Below are positions 27,331 through 41,673 of a stretch of DNA of 64,000 nucleotides, piece by piece. The stretch spans positions 98,828,001-98,892,000 of the forward strand of contig OZ024745.1 of NCBI GenBank assembly GCA_964016885.1, read 5' to 3'. The stretch is from Eledone cirrhosa (taxonomy: Eukaryota). The position numbers and the translations under genes are program-made. Each line of letters starts with the position of its first letter. Positions within the stretch are counted from its first letter, which is position 1. A model generated the notes under the pieces. It saw only the letters and a program-made list of their open reading frames with translations, was not told the origin of the DNA and did no database searches.

Positions 27331-27733
27331 AATAGTGTATTCAAAGCAAGACAATCTGCCAATCCATTCTTTCCTAAACTGTACTCAGGGAGCCTCTGTG
27401 TCTAATTTTAATATAACACTCATTAGTTAGACTGTGCTGATACTGTTTCCAACATTAAATTCTACAATCAAATATAATATCTTCACAGTTTGTTGTAAGA
27501 ATGAGTAAAGAATTGAAATGTGTTTTATTCAGAATGTTCAATCTAAAGAGACCATCGTCAGTAAATGCAGCAGAACAAAACAAAACAGATCTTATATTTA
27601 TTGATGATGGTATCTTTAGACTGAACATTCTGAATAAAACACTATGTTCTAATTATTATTATGCACTGTTTGGGCTTTATAATCATTTGAAATCACTGTA
27701 TTATCACAATGCTTAGGAAAACTGCCTCAAAAC

Positions 27734-27765
<32 letters not shown>

Positions 27766-28004
27766 TACATAAATAAATATACATACATAATAATAAATAT
27801 GCTGAGATTACTCTGTTGGTACTCTGGGTTTCACAATTCCTCGCCACTATAATATATAGTTACACTCTACTGTAGTATTGTGTAATTTTCTCTAATGTTT
27901 GTAAAATCAAACAAGTATGTGTACGTATATATTACATTTAGCTCAATATTAGGATTTGTTAGTTCTATATTTATAGCTGAACTACAATTAAGCTGTGAAT
28001 GTAA

Positions 28005-28158
28005 ACATACACACGCTGGGTTTTATTTAAGGAAGGATGTGACATACACACACTGGGTTTTATTTAAGGAAGGATGTGACATACACACACTGGGTTTTAT
28101 TTAAGGAAGGATGTGACATACACACACTGGGTTTTATTCAAGGAAGGATGTGACACAC
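28005..28158. repeat. 37-bp minisatellite, 4 copies
   Basis: Unit acatacacacactgggttttatttaaggaaggatgtg. Confidence 0.9.
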
Positions 28159-29479
28159 AAAAATGAAGTAATAAATCAAAACTAATTCATCACACAAAAT
28201 TATTAATCAATCCTGGGAAATTAATGTCAAATCATAACTAGTCTTGCAGTGGCTAGGCTGCAGAAAAAATTTTGATACCAAGAAATATATGATAAGTATA
28301 ATGTAAAGCTAAGTTTTTGTGTTTTTAAATGACTTAAAATAACTCTGCCATGCAGTAATTGTTTTAGTTTCAACATGGTCTCAGATCAAGTCATTTGCCA
28401 GACATGTATAACTCCAAAATATAATCAATTGTTTAGCACAAAGTAAAATTCTATACAATTTTCAAATGGATATCTAATAAAATGTTTATAAAATTCAGAA
28501 ATTATGTAAATGAGCTAATCTAGTTTGAAGATTAATTGATTTAACCATAATATAAATGTAAAATTGAGACAACATTAATGACGTGTTAGTAAATGGAATA
28601 AAATCTGTCATGCTTTGATCACCAATATTGATCAGAGTTAAGAAAGTATCACTGGCTACAGAAACTAAAACAAGTTTACAAGAGAGAATAATATTTATGT
28701 TGAAATTACTGACAACAACAGAATGGAAAAACAGACAAGCAAGCATATAGTTATATTGATGAAATAATGTAATGTTGGAGAAAGAGAGGGGGAAAAAAAA
28801 AAAAGAAATATCCTGATAGACAACAAGTACATGGATATGAGGTACAGCAACCATGGTGACAGGCAAAAGAATAATCTAGAGGAAGTGATTAAATATAAAT
28901 GATATTAATGATGGGAATGTTAATAGCACGTAAAAGAGAAGCAGGCAAAAATGAAAATATGAATTTATAGAGAGAGAGCTAAGGTATTAAACAATGAGAA
29001 ACAAAAATGCATTAGCATGCTTGGAAGGATAGAACTGTATACATACACATACACATACATACACATGGATGGCTAGATGGATGGACATACAGACAAAACA
29101 GATTGATGACTGTGAGCAGATAGCAATGGCAAAGACCTGTGGTTGCAACCACTGGGTGTCCATGCCAAGTATTGAAACTCACCTGTACTTTGCTTTTAGT
29201 GGAATCATTATAGACCTTCTCTTCAAACTGTACAAATGGAGAAAAGCAGAAGGGCAAGACCCAATTCAGAAATGACACACATTTAGAGATGATATCTTAC
29301 ACAGCCACTGCATACCAGCTATCTTTATTTAGACATACAGATGTAAACACATGTGATTGCAGTGAATGACAATGGCAGAGAAAGAAGAAAAGCAGTTGCA
29401 AACCAGAGAGCAGTGCAGACATGATGATAAATTCTTTGGTTACATAAATGAAGGATTATGCTGCTTTCATGTCAACATT

Positions 29480-29539
<60 letters not shown>

Positions 29540-31020
29540 TTTGATAATTAGAGCAGAAAAAATGTACTTGTAAAACAATTTGCAAAAGCAAATCAAGTAT
29601 TTGTTTTTAGAAATGCAGCAGTTATAGGTGCCTTATACACATCAGTTCACATGCACGCACTGCCTTTTTGAAACGGGTTGCATAAAAATAGAATTTAAAA
29701 ACAAACATAAGGAAGTGTGATAAAGTTATTATGAAAATGTTCTGCCTACAGTATAATCATTTAAGTAAACATTTAAGTAAACATTTCTGATAGAAAGGTA
29801 GTAAGGCATTATAAATAACAACAATATATCACTGGTACTTATGACTCCTGCAGGAATAAAAAGAAAATTTGATTCTGTACAAGATTTAAACTCTGGACTA
29901 AGGGACATTTAATTAAAAATGATATAGTGTTAAGCTGGTTCAGCCAGGTGTGCCATTTTAACCCGTTAGATTACATAATGATGAAAAGGATTTCTAAACT
30001 TCTAAGTCTTCAAATTTGGCGGAGTGTTGTAGTCAATTAACTCCCAGAACTTGACTTCAAATTCATTTATTGATCTAGATGAGTGAAAAGGAAAGGTGAC
30101 ACCAGTGGAATTTTCATCTAAAAATTTAGATACAAAACTGCACAGTATTTTACCTGGCAGGCTACCAATTCTGTCATTTACTGCCCTCTCTAACAATAAT
30201 AAATTTAAGCATACAATTGAAAAGTAAATTTTACTCTGTTATATGCAAAAGAATTCGCCATGTTATATAGTTGTAAAGAAGTATTTGTCTGAAATATTGT
30301 CTAATTTCTATGTATATTTGTTCATATTATTCATATTTTTAATTTTGTCATGATAAACCATTATGAACACAGTGAAAATGTTAAAACATATATCTATTAT
30401 TATTGAACACGATACAAAATATTTAAGTACTCTTTCCAGATAAGAAAAATAAAGATATGAAATATCAATTAATATTTAAGATATGGTTAATTTTCTTGAT
30501 GTTAGATTAAAAACATCCAGGAAAAAATTTAATTATTATGAAGCATTATATAATATAGAATGTATTGATCATTAAGATTTTTGTTTGTTATGGTTGAAAC
30601 AAACCTATCGATAACCTTAACAGAAGTAGAATGAAGATGCTCCTTTTATGTGGCTTTAGAGATGATGATAGTTCATGCTTTCGTTATATGCAAGCACATG
30701 GAAGATCAGAATTAATTTTAATTTATATATGAATAAACAAGGCAATTATTTTGAAAATGCATTCATAATTAGTATATGACAATGATAAAGCCAATATACT
30801 ATGAGTATTTTGATGATGTTGATGGAGAGAATGCTTTTATCCCTTATAGTTTTATATTTCAATATAAACACTAAACATAACTATTTCTATAAATTCTCTC
30901 TAGATCATTAAATAATGTAAGTTACAACAGGAAAAGGGTACAGTGAAAGAAAGAGGATATTTGAAAACCAAAGTTGATATTTCAATGATGCTGAACTGAA
31001 TGTAGAGATGTAGATTGAGT

Positions 31021-32600
31021 GTTAGAACCTCTGCCAACAACACAGATGTAGATGGAGTGTTAGAACCTCTGCCAACAACAGAGATGTACATGGAGTGTTA
31101 GAACCTCTGCCAACAACAGAGATGTAGATGGAGTGTTAGAACCTCTGCCAACAATAGAGATGTACATGGAGTGTTAGAACCTCTGCCAACAATAGAGATG
31201 TACATGGAGTGTTAGAACCTCTGCCAACAATAGAGATGTACATGGAGTGTTAGAACCTCTGCCAACAATAGAGATGTACATGGAGTGTTAGAACCTCTGC
31301 CAACAACAGAGATGTAGATGGAGTGTTAGAACCTCTGCCAACAACAGAGATGTACATGGAGTGTTAGAACCTCTGCCAACAACAGAGATGTAGATGGAGT
31401 GTTAGAACCTCTGCCAACAATAGAGATGTACATGGAGTGTTAGAACCTCTGCCAACAATAGAGATGTACATGGAGTGTTAGAACCTCTGCCAACAACAGA
31501 GATGTAGATGGAGTGTTAGAACCTCTGCCAACAACAGAGATGTACATGGAGTGTTAGAACCTCTGCCAACAACAGAGATGTAGATGGAGTGTTAGAACCT
31601 CTGCCAACAATAGAGATGTACATGGAGTGTTAGAACCTCTGCCAACAATAGAGATGTACATGGAGTGTTAGAACCTCTGCCAACAATAGAGATGTACATG
31701 GAGTGTTAGAACCTCTGCCAACAATAGAGATGTACATGGAGTGTTAGAACCTCTGCCAACAACAGAGATGTAGATGGAGTGTTAGAACCTCTGCCAACAA
31801 CAGAGATGTACATGGAGTGTTAGAACCTCTGCCAACAACAGAGATGTAGATGGAGTGTTAGAACCTCTGCCAACAATAGAGATGTACATGGAGTGTTAGA
31901 ACCTCTGCCAACAATAGAGATGTACATGGAGTGTTAGAACCTCTGCCAACAACAGAGATGTAGATGGAGTGTTAGAACCTCTGCCAACAACAGAGATGTA
32001 CATGGAGTGTTAGAACCTCTGCCAACAACAGAGATGTAGATGGAGTGTTAGAACCTCTGCCAACAATAGAGATGTACATGGAGTGTTAGAACCTCTGCCA
32101 ACAATAGAGATGTACATGGAGTGTTAGAACCTCTGCCAACAACAGAGATGTAGATGGAGTGTTAGAACCTCTGCCAACAACAGAGATGTACATGGAGTGT
32201 TAGAACCTCTGCCAACAACAGAGATGTAGATGGAGTGTTAGAACCTCTGCCAACAATAGAGATGTACATGGAGTGTTAGAACCTCTGCCAACAATAGAGA
32301 TGTACATGGAGTGTTAGAACCTCTGCCAACAACAGAGATGTAGATGGAGTGTTAGAACCTCTGCCAACAACAGAGATGTACATGGAGTGTTAGAACCTCT
32401 GCCAACAACAGAGATGTAGATGGAGTGTTAGAACCTCTGCCAACAATAGAGATGTACATGGAGTGTTAGAACCTCTGCCAACAATAGAGATGTACATGGA
32501 GTGTTAGAACCTCTGCCAACAATAGAGATGTACATGGAGTGTTAGAACCTCTGCCAACAATAGAGATGTACATGGAGTGTTAGAACCTCTGCCAACAACA
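31021..32600. repeat. 38-bp minisatellite, 41.5 copies, with higher-order structure
   Basis: Unit gttagaacctctgccaacaa(c/t)agagatgta(g/c)atggagt. Confidence 0.97.
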
Positions 32601-33101
32601 CTTGCTGAATTTCTTCACGATAAACTGTCATTCAGTGAAAAATGGTAAATGTTAACTAGAAAATATTTTATAGACATTAACATGAAAATGTGATTCTTGT
32701 TTATTATGAATGTTCTCAATGTTCAAAAGTGTACACTGTTTCCTAAAAGAATATTTTAAACTAAGTCTGCTTACATCATTAAAACTTCATCAGTAATCTT
32801 CACAACTGTCAAAAGAATATAGACTAGGGTTTATAATATAATCAAGTTGTGGATAACATTGCAGAATCTTCTTAATTGCACTAATTTACTTAAATTGTTA
32901 ACACTAATAGGAAAGTATTGAATGCCACAGCCTCCCATCTCTCTACAACAATTGTTCTTTTAATGGTATGAAATTTCAGACCTTAAAATGTGTTTTTTTC
33001 CCTTCAAGATAATCAGATAATAAAATGCTCCAAATGCAGTGGAGGAATATGAAAGATTAAAATCTATTTGATCATAGAACTTATTTCCATACATAAATAA
33101 T

Positions 33102-33285
33102 TGTTTCTACTTTTGGCACAAGGCCAGCAATTACCCAGTGTATTACTGGTACTTTATTTTATCGACCCCGTAAGGATGAAAGGCAAAGTTAACCTCGGCG
33201 GGATTTGAACTCAGACCATAAAGGGACATAATTCTATGCTTCAAAGCATGGCGTCCGACTCTCTACCGATACTGCCAATCCACCG
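33102..33285 (-). mobile_element. tRNA-derived SINE family 1, full copy with 12-bp TSD tacataaataat
   Basis: Minus-strand A box (TGGCAGTATCGG) and B box (GAGTTCAAATCC); other copies at ~290, 1600, 3320, 9068, 9924, 10310, 12440, 13920, 14480, 24905, 29830, 50280 (all -) and 51765 (+). Confidence 0.85.
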
Positions 33286-35237
33286 TACATAAATAATGTA
33301 ATGGGATTACAAACTGAAGGTTTCTAAATATGATAGACATTTTGGAGCAGTGGAAGTCAGTTTGAAATAGCCTGACAGCTTAATTTCATGGCATGTTAGT
33401 GAATCAGTAACATCTTTTGATATCTAGTTTATGTTTAAATGAAACAAACCATAGCTACAATATGAAGAATTCAGTGATGGTTGCTCACATATTCCTTCTA
33501 AGACTTAGCAAAATAGAATAATAAATTGGTTACATTTTCATAACCACACACAAAGAACTATTAGAAAGCAAAGTTGTATGAACATCCCTAATATTATATA
33601 ATGACACCAACTTTATTTTGATTTTAATTTGAATGAAGATATTGGCATGGCACTAAGTCTTCATTAGTTCTCAAAGAGGGGAATAATATTAAAAGGCATT
33701 CAAGTTTTGCTTTTTAATATAAGTAAAATTAGAATTTAGGAAAGAGAAGAATTAATTATTTGGCAACTGAGTGAAGAGGCTAGTTGTAATTAAAGTCATT
33801 AAGATATATTTTATATAAATATAAATATATAAACTCTCCAAAACTGAAACAAAAAAACAACAATATAACATCCAAAATACCAATAAAACAGAATCACTAT
33901 AGAAATGATAGTTCTAAAAATAGAATGATATATTAAATACATTTCATTTGATACAGTAGAATCAGAGTATATATATATAGGATAAAATGTAACAATAACA
34001 CTTTAATATTAATGACTTAACTACATAATATTCATATTGAAGCAGCAACAGCTATTATAAACATTAGCTTATAAAAAGGAAATGCATATATATATTAGAT
34101 ATTTCCTTTATAATCTTGGTGAACAAAAAACAGTTTTCCTTTGTAAACATTGAGCACAACTATCAATTATACAGGGAGCTGATTAATTCCAATAACATTT
34201 TTTGGATTACATATAAATAGTTATATTAGTAAATAGGATAAAATAAGTGTGTAATGTGAAATACACATTTACTGGACAAAAGTATTTTAACACTTTTGAT
34301 TCCAAACTTCCTGAAACCACCTCTAGTTCTACAATACAAAACTATTTGATATAACATGTTTATATCTATGTAAAAATCTTCCATTATAATTCTATGTATG
34401 AACCATTGTTAAGTGATGTTCTAACCACTACTGATACTAAGAAAGTTGAATGTTTCCAAAATTATTTTAAAATCATATGCAATGTCTTTCATAAGAAATA
34501 TAGTAATAAAAGGATTAGTGTTACAATTTGATGCAAGTTTTTTGTTTAATTTTATATATTTTATATTTCTACAGTTAAGGAAAATGCCTGCAACATTGTT
34601 GACTGGTTAAGAAGCTTGTTTTACAGCGATGAGGTTATTAGATTCAAGGTTCAATTCCACTGTGTAGCATCTTCACTTGTCTTTTTTTTTACCATAACCA
34701 TGGTTTGACCAAAACCTTGTCAGTGAAATGAGTTAAACAGAAACAATTTAGAAGAGTATTAGGAGGAGTGTACCTATAATCGAAAGGGACAACTTTGTAT
34801 TGTCTTGTGCTGTGCTGTATTTCCCTGTGAATTACATTAAGGTTACATATGTCTGAAGAATTCTCAGCCACATATTTGTTAAGAGGAGGCTTTTCTATTG
34901 ATTGAACAACTGGAATTCTCATTGTCCAAACCAACAGAAATTCTCAGTAATTATATCTAGCTTTTCAATTTGAATATGTATAAAATTTTTAGTTTTTGTT
35001 TTTAATTAACTTACCAAAAATAATTATCATCTAGAGTTTTAAAGTTAAATCTTACTTCTCTTTTAAGATGATTTTTTTCTTCTTCTTCAAAAATAAAGGT
35101 GTGTTAAATTCCTGATAAATAATAAAGTTTTGCGAATTGGGGATGATAAAAAAAAAAAGAAAGAAATACCATTGATATAAAACTATTGAAAATAAAAATC
35201 AATATTTGCAAAGATAAGGAAATCAGTGAAAACATAC

Positions 35238-35348
35238 CCGTTTTGTGAGAGGGACCTCTACTGGCACTGGTACAACACCAGCAAGAATGCATCCATAAAA
35301 AGCACAGCTGAATGAGATGGGGTCATTGTTGGGATATACAAGAGCAAC
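35238..35348 (-). CDS. DIP2: DIP2 exon VALVYPNNDPISFSCAFYGCILAGVVPVPVEVPLTKR
   Basis: 111 nt, phase 0/0; VALV-PNNDP and AFYGC motifs; followed by an 18-kb intron. Confidence 0.95.
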
Positions 35349-35420
35349 CTAAAGGAATTTAGAAAAATTGAAACATTATGAAATGTTAGTTGGTACAATG
35401 TAAGCAGAAGAGAGTCTTAA

Positions 35421-35694
35421 AGAAGATCATTATCAGTCTAATGCTAATATATATACTAATTCTAATAAAATCATTGTAGTTCTAATGTTAACATATATAT
35501 ACTAATTCTAATAAAGATCATTACAGGTCTAATGTTAATATTAAATACTAATTCTAATGAAGATCATTACAGGTTTAATGTTAATATATATACTAAGTCT
35601 AATGAATATCATTATCAGTCTAATGTTAATACATATACAAATTCTAATAAAGATCATTATTGGTCTAATGTTAATATATATACTAATTCTAATG
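35421..35694. repeat. ~45-bp minisatellite, about 6 copies
   Basis: Unit approximately aagatcattacaggtctaatgttaatatatatactaattctaat. Confidence 0.8.
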
Positions 35695-36329
35695 GAGCGT
35701 AATGGACAGATAACAGATGTAACAGTGTAAAAATGACAGTTTAGCCCTAGAAGACATTACCTTTATACCAGTGACATGGTGAAAGATATTAAGTCCATGC
35801 TAAAACATGAATAAATGGAAGAGATGTGGATGCTACATGTATGTTAATTGTCTTAAGAGGACAATAATTCTGAATAAGGACTGATACAAGGTAGCAAGGA
35901 CTCATAAGATTTGCCACAGATAATCTTTCTAGTACTAGTGGCATGATAAAATACACTCAGTATATACTACAAAGTGGTTGGTTGTTGGAAGAGCATCTGG
36001 TTGTAGTAACCATGGAAAATATTGGAATGTATGATCGGGACATGGACAACATAATCCACTTAGCAGGATATCATCATCATCATTTAATGTCTATCTTCCA
36101 TGCTAGCATGGGTTAGATGGGTTTGTCCCATTTGAGGCAAGTTTGGTTGGGTGACCGTGTCTCACTCGTATAGGACTGTTTCTGGCTAGGATATCTATCT
36201 AGAAAAGCAGTAACTCTGATCAAGAACTGCTACAACCCTTCTAGTGAGAAAGACATGATAAAATGCACTAGTCTGTACTGTAGGAGATACACAAAACCAG
36301 AGGTGGCTGGTTTGATGTGTGTGCAGCAG

Positions 36330-38592
36330 TGGTTAGTAACAAAGTACTGTGGTGTGTATAGTAGTGGTTGGTAAGGACTGTGGTGTGTACAGTGATGGTT
36401 GGTAACACAAAAGACTGTGAAGGGTACAGTGGTGGTTGGTAACACAAAGGATTGTGAAGGGTACAGTGGTGGTTGGTAACACAAAGGACTGTGAAGGGTA
36501 CAGTGATGGTTGGTAACACAAAGGACTGTGAAGGGTACAGTGGTGGTTGGTAACACAAAGGACTGTGAAGGGTACAGTGGTGGTTGGTAACACAAAGGAC
36601 TGTGAAGGGTACAGTGGTGGTTGGTAACACAAAGGACTGTGAAGGGTACAGTGGTGGTTGGTAACACAAAAGACTGTGAAGGGTACAGTGGTGGTTGGTA
36701 ACACAAAGGACTGTGAAGGGTACAGTGGTGGTTGGTAACACAAAGGACTGTGAAGGGTACAGTGGTGGTTGGTAACACAAAAGACTGTGAAGGGTACAGT
36801 GATGGTTGGTAACACAAAAGACTGTGAAGGGTACAGTGGTGGTTGGTAACACAAAAGACTGTGAAGGGTACAGTGATGGTTGGTAACACAAAAGACTGTG
36901 AAGGGTACAGTGGTGGTTGGTAACACAAAAGACTGTGAAGGGTACAGTGATGGTTGGTAACACAAAAGACTGTGAAGGGTACAGTGGTGGTTGGTAACAC
37001 AAAGGACTGTGAAGGGTACAGTGGTGGTTGGTAACACAAAGGACTGTGAAGGGTACAGTGGTGGTTGGTAACACAAAGGACTGTGAAGGGTACAGTGGTG
37101 GTTGGTAACACAAAGGACTGTGAAGGGTACAGTGGTGGTTGGTAACACAAAGGACTGTGAAGGGTACAGTGGTGGTTGGTAACACAAAGGACTGTGAAGG
37201 GTACAGTGGTGGTTGGTAACACAAAAGACTGTGAAGGGTACAGTGATGGTTGGTAACACAAAAGACTGTGAAGGGTACAGTGGTGGTTGGTAACACAAAG
37301 GACTGTGAAGGGTACAGTGGTGGTTGGTAACACAAAGGATTGTGAAGGGTACAGTGGTGGTTGGTAACACAAAAGACTGTGAAGGGTACAGTGGTGGTTG
37401 GTAACACAAAGGACTGTGAAGGGTACAGTGGTGGTTGGTAACACAAAGGACTGTGAAGGGTACAGTGGTGGTTGGTAACACAAAAGACTGTGAAGGGTAC
37501 AGTGGTGGTTGGTAACACAAAGGACTGTGAAGGGTACAGTGGTGGTTGGTAACACAAAGGACTGTGAAGGGTACAGTGGTGGTTGGTAACACAAAAGACT
37601 GTGAAGGGTACAGTGGTGGTTGGTAACACAAAGGACTGTGAAGGGTACAGTGGTGGTTGGTAACACAAAGGACTGTGAAGGGTACAGTGGTGGTTGGTAA
37701 CACAAAAGACTGTGAAGGGTACAGTGATGGTTGGTAACACAAAAGACTGTGAAGGGTACAGTGGTGGTTGGTAACACAAAGGACTGTGAAGGGTACAGTG
37801 GTGGTTGGTAACACAAAAGACTGTGAAGGGTACAGTGGTGGTTGGTAACACAAAGGACTGTGAAGGGTACAGTGGTGGTTGGTAACACAAAGGACTGTGA
37901 AGGGTACAGTGGTGGTTGGTAACACAAAAGACTGAAGGGTACAGTGGTGGTTGGTAACACAAAAGACTGTGAAGGGTACAGTGGTGGTTGGTAATACAAA
38001 GGATTGTGAAGGGTACAGTGGTGGTTGGTAACACAAAGGACTGTGAAGGGTACAGTGGTGGTTGGTAACACAAAAGACTGAAGGGTACAGTGGTGGTTGG
38101 TAACACAAAGGACTGTGAAGGGTACAGTGGTGGTTGGAAACACAAAGGACTGTGAAGGGTACAGTGGTGGTTGGTAACACAAAGGACTGTGAAGGGTACA
38201 GTGGTGGTTGGTAACACAAAGGATTGTGAAGGGTACAGTGGTGGTTGGTAACACAAAGGACTGTGAAGGGTACAGTGGTGGTTGGTAACACAAAGGACTG
38301 TGAAGGGTACAGTGGTGGTTGGTAATGCAATGGACTGTGAAGGGTACAGTGGTGGTTGGTAACACAAAGGACTGTGAAGGGTACAGTGGTGGTTGGTAAC
38401 ACAAAGGACTGTGAAGGGTACAGTGGTGGTTGGTAACACAAAGGACTGTGAAGGGTACAGTGGTGGTTGGTAACACAAAGGACTGTGAAGGGTACAGTGG
38501 TGGTTGGTAACACAAAGGACTGTGAAGGGTACAGTGGTGGTTGGTAATGCAATGGACTGTGAAGGGTACAGTAGTGGTTGGTAACACAAAAG
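36330..38592. repeat. 37-bp minisatellite, about 60 copies
   Basis: Unit ggtaacacaaaggactgtgaagggtacagtggtggtt; source of the three long minus-strand ORFs. Confidence 0.97.
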
Positions 38593-38755
38593 GCGGTGAA
38601 GAGTGGCAAGATGAAGGATCACAAAATGTGGTGAGATTTGGAAGATAGTGAGACATTGTGAAGCCTGTCCAAACCAAGGCAGGGTGGGGTCGAGAAAATG
38701 GATGAAAGAATATGTTGGCGATGGTAGTGATTATGTTGATGGCGGTGGTGATGAA

Positions 38756-38798
<43 letters not shown>

Positions 38799-39630
38799 TG
38801 AGGGCAGTTGGATAAAAGTGAAAATTATAGCACCTACGGATTGTAATTAAAATTGATTTAACAACGTAAGAGCAATTAGCAAATAATCTAAACTATAATA
38901 AAGTAAGGAGTGCGGGACTGCATCCAGAATATATCTTTATATCCCGTTTGTAAAATAAGTTGGATTACTTTGAATAAATAAAGAATGAATATTACATAAT
39001 TTATCTACTAAATTTCATTATTCTTGATTAAATATAAATAATATTGTTGGTTATTTTAAGATTCACTTCTTTAAAATTTTTAAATGTCATCTGGTTAGCG
39101 ATCGCTTAAATAAACATTCATATATTTCCGTCACTAATTTTCTCCTAATGTTATTTATATATAATTTTCTCCTAATGCAGTTTATATATAATATCATCTT
39201 TTTTAATGTATCATGGATTACTTTACTGATTACATAAGACAGTGTAATGCAGTCTTTGTTCAATTTCTGTGGATATTGTCAATTACAATTTTATTTGATC
39301 ATATCTACATGCATATATACTTGCGTATAATATCAATATGCACATTACACATGCTAACAGAAAACCACCCGAAAGGTCGTTTTCTGCTAGTAATTATAAT
39401 AAAATATGTAGAATCTATCCAAGCTACATTAAAGTGTTTAACAATACCGTATATCAAAATGTGTATCAATGAAAATTAGTTTAGATATCATTAAAAGTTT
39501 CTGTGGAAAACTAATTTGTTCATCAAATTGAAAAGAAATTGAAAGTGCTAGTGGAGTATGTAAAGAAAATATCATATTTGATGTCATGACGAAAGTATTT
39601 TAACAGCTTGAAACATTAAAATATACTTAC

Positions 39631-39725
39631 TCTGTCACCGCTTTTGATTCCGATTTCTCCACTCTTTTGACCAACTTTGTTTAATAAATTGTAGGCTATT
39701 TTATAAGTTCTGCTTAATAGTTTTC
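39631..39725 (-). CDS. DIP2: DIP2 exon (G)KLLSRTYKIAYNLLNKVGQKSGEIGIKSGDR
   Basis: Inside ORF 39616..39804(-); gtaagt donor; GDR/VAL junction. Confidence 0.92.
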
Positions 39726-41549
39726 CTTTCAAAATAAAAATCAAAATAAACAAATTATTTGCAGTTTGCACAAACGCAGAAAATAATTGTAATATTTGTA
39801 GCAATTAAAAGTACATTATAACTAGTGCATATTAAATGTACTAATTAATTAGAAGTATTTTTCAAACTGGATCAATTTGTTATTGACCAGAGGAACAAGT
39901 AAAAAGAAACTAAACATTTGTAAAAATTACAAGAATTAAAATTTACATTGATGATAATAATTGAAATTGTTTGTAAAATTTATCAAGAATGAAATTTATC
40001 ACATGTTTACTGCAAAAACTATTTAGAGTGATAAATGAATGGTGAGAGAATATGAGGCAAAGTTTCAAGCTGACTAAAAAGAAACTTAACTACTATATTA
40101 AACTTGGTAAAGAGACAATGGTAAATATTTTAATATCAATTAATCATTCCAAGTTCCAATCCCAAACCAAAAAAATATACACCATTGTTGAAAATTCAAA
40201 AGATTTAAAACCATGTTCTCCTAAGGAAACCTTTCATATTTTCTCCTGTTTTACCAATCCTTTACTAATTGTTGTAGTGGAGTTTTATTTTTGATTTAAG
40301 TTTTTTTTTACTTCTTTCCATAAAAGAAGCATGTTTTCTCAAGCTATAGTGAAAGCAACCTGTCTTGAAGAATGGATTGTCCAAAATGGAGCTGACTACA
40401 AGATGATGGCCTGATAAATATATCTGGTCGAGTCAATTGTGGTTTGTAGCAGTAAGACAATACTTGCTAAATAAAAACATCCATTCATTCTATGCCAGGC
40501 GAAAAAAAATGTTAAACCAATGACAGGCTGATGAATTATGAGTATTTTGGGAGCTAGCTAATTACAGACAATAATGACTATTTTCTGGATAAATCCCATC
40601 AGCTCTGTAAAGTGGTACTGTTAGTGCCATGATAAAACACCCAGTCCATTTTGTAAAGTGATAGTGCTGGTGCCATGATAAAACACATCCAGTCCACCTG
40701 TAAAATGATAGTGCTGGTGCCAAGAAAATTGCACCCAGTACACTGTGCTTGATGTTAGGAAAGGCATCCATCTATAGAAACCTTGTCAAATATGGAAAGT
40801 ATGGTCAAGATGAGGTCGCTCTGACCCATCTGATCTCGAACTGTGTCAACCCATCTAACCCATGTCAGCAAGAAAAGTGGATTTAATGATGATGATGATA
40901 GCTGGTATTGCTTAGTTGATGGCATTTGGTGCCATGATGCCCAATCTACCCTGTAAGGTAGATTGTAGTATCCAATCAACACTATAATGTGGTAATGCTG
41001 GTGCCGTGACAAAAAGCACAGTCCACCATATAAGGTGATAGTGCTGGTGCCACAAAGGAATGCACCCAGTCCACCCAGTAAAGTGGTAGTGTTGGTGCTA
41101 CAACAAAAAGTACACAATCAACCTTGTAAGGTGGTAGTGCCAGAGTCACAATAAGATGTTCCAGTACATGGAGTAAAATGGTTGGCATCCCACCATAGAA
41201 ACCAAGCCAAAACAGAGCATATGAGCAGGATATGGTCAGCACGAGACAACCCATCTAAGCAAGGAAAGTAGATGTTAAATGATGATATTTGATATATTAG
41301 TGCCAGGAAAACATCTAAATAACATCTATAAGTGTCATGATGAGTGATGTGACATGTATGTTACTAAGCAACAGCACTGCTTACACTAACAAATTGTTCA
41401 TTATGAGTGTTATAAACAGTTAACCAAACATAATAACCTGTTACTTACCAATCATTACACAAATTTAATATTCTTAATGACTTATATGGTAGCAAAATAA
41501 ATTTAGATTAGTTATAAGGCAAACAATATTGCAAAGATCTTCAACTTAC

Positions 41550-41673
41550 CATAAGTCAGATTATATGTGGGCTTGCCATTTTGATCGAGTACTGTAATTG
41601 CATTGGCCTTATAAGTAGATGAACCATATCTCTGAACAGCAGCTTCTAAACTTTTGGGTAAGCCTGATGGAAT
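41550..41673 (-). CDS. DIP2: DIP2 exon IPSGLPKSLEAAVQRYGSSTYKANAITVLDQNGKPTYNLTY(G)
   Basis: Canonical splice sites; SLEAA-QR-G and LTYGKL motifs. Confidence 0.93.

Noticed and set aside
31021-32600. CRISPR-like array (also the 37-bp and 49-bp arrays)
   Set aside because: Contiguous tandem units without unique spacers, no cas genes, eukaryotic intron context
36230-38677. 758-815 aa ORFs as real genes
   Set aside because: Translation of a 37-bp minisatellite; the same peptide appears in all three frames
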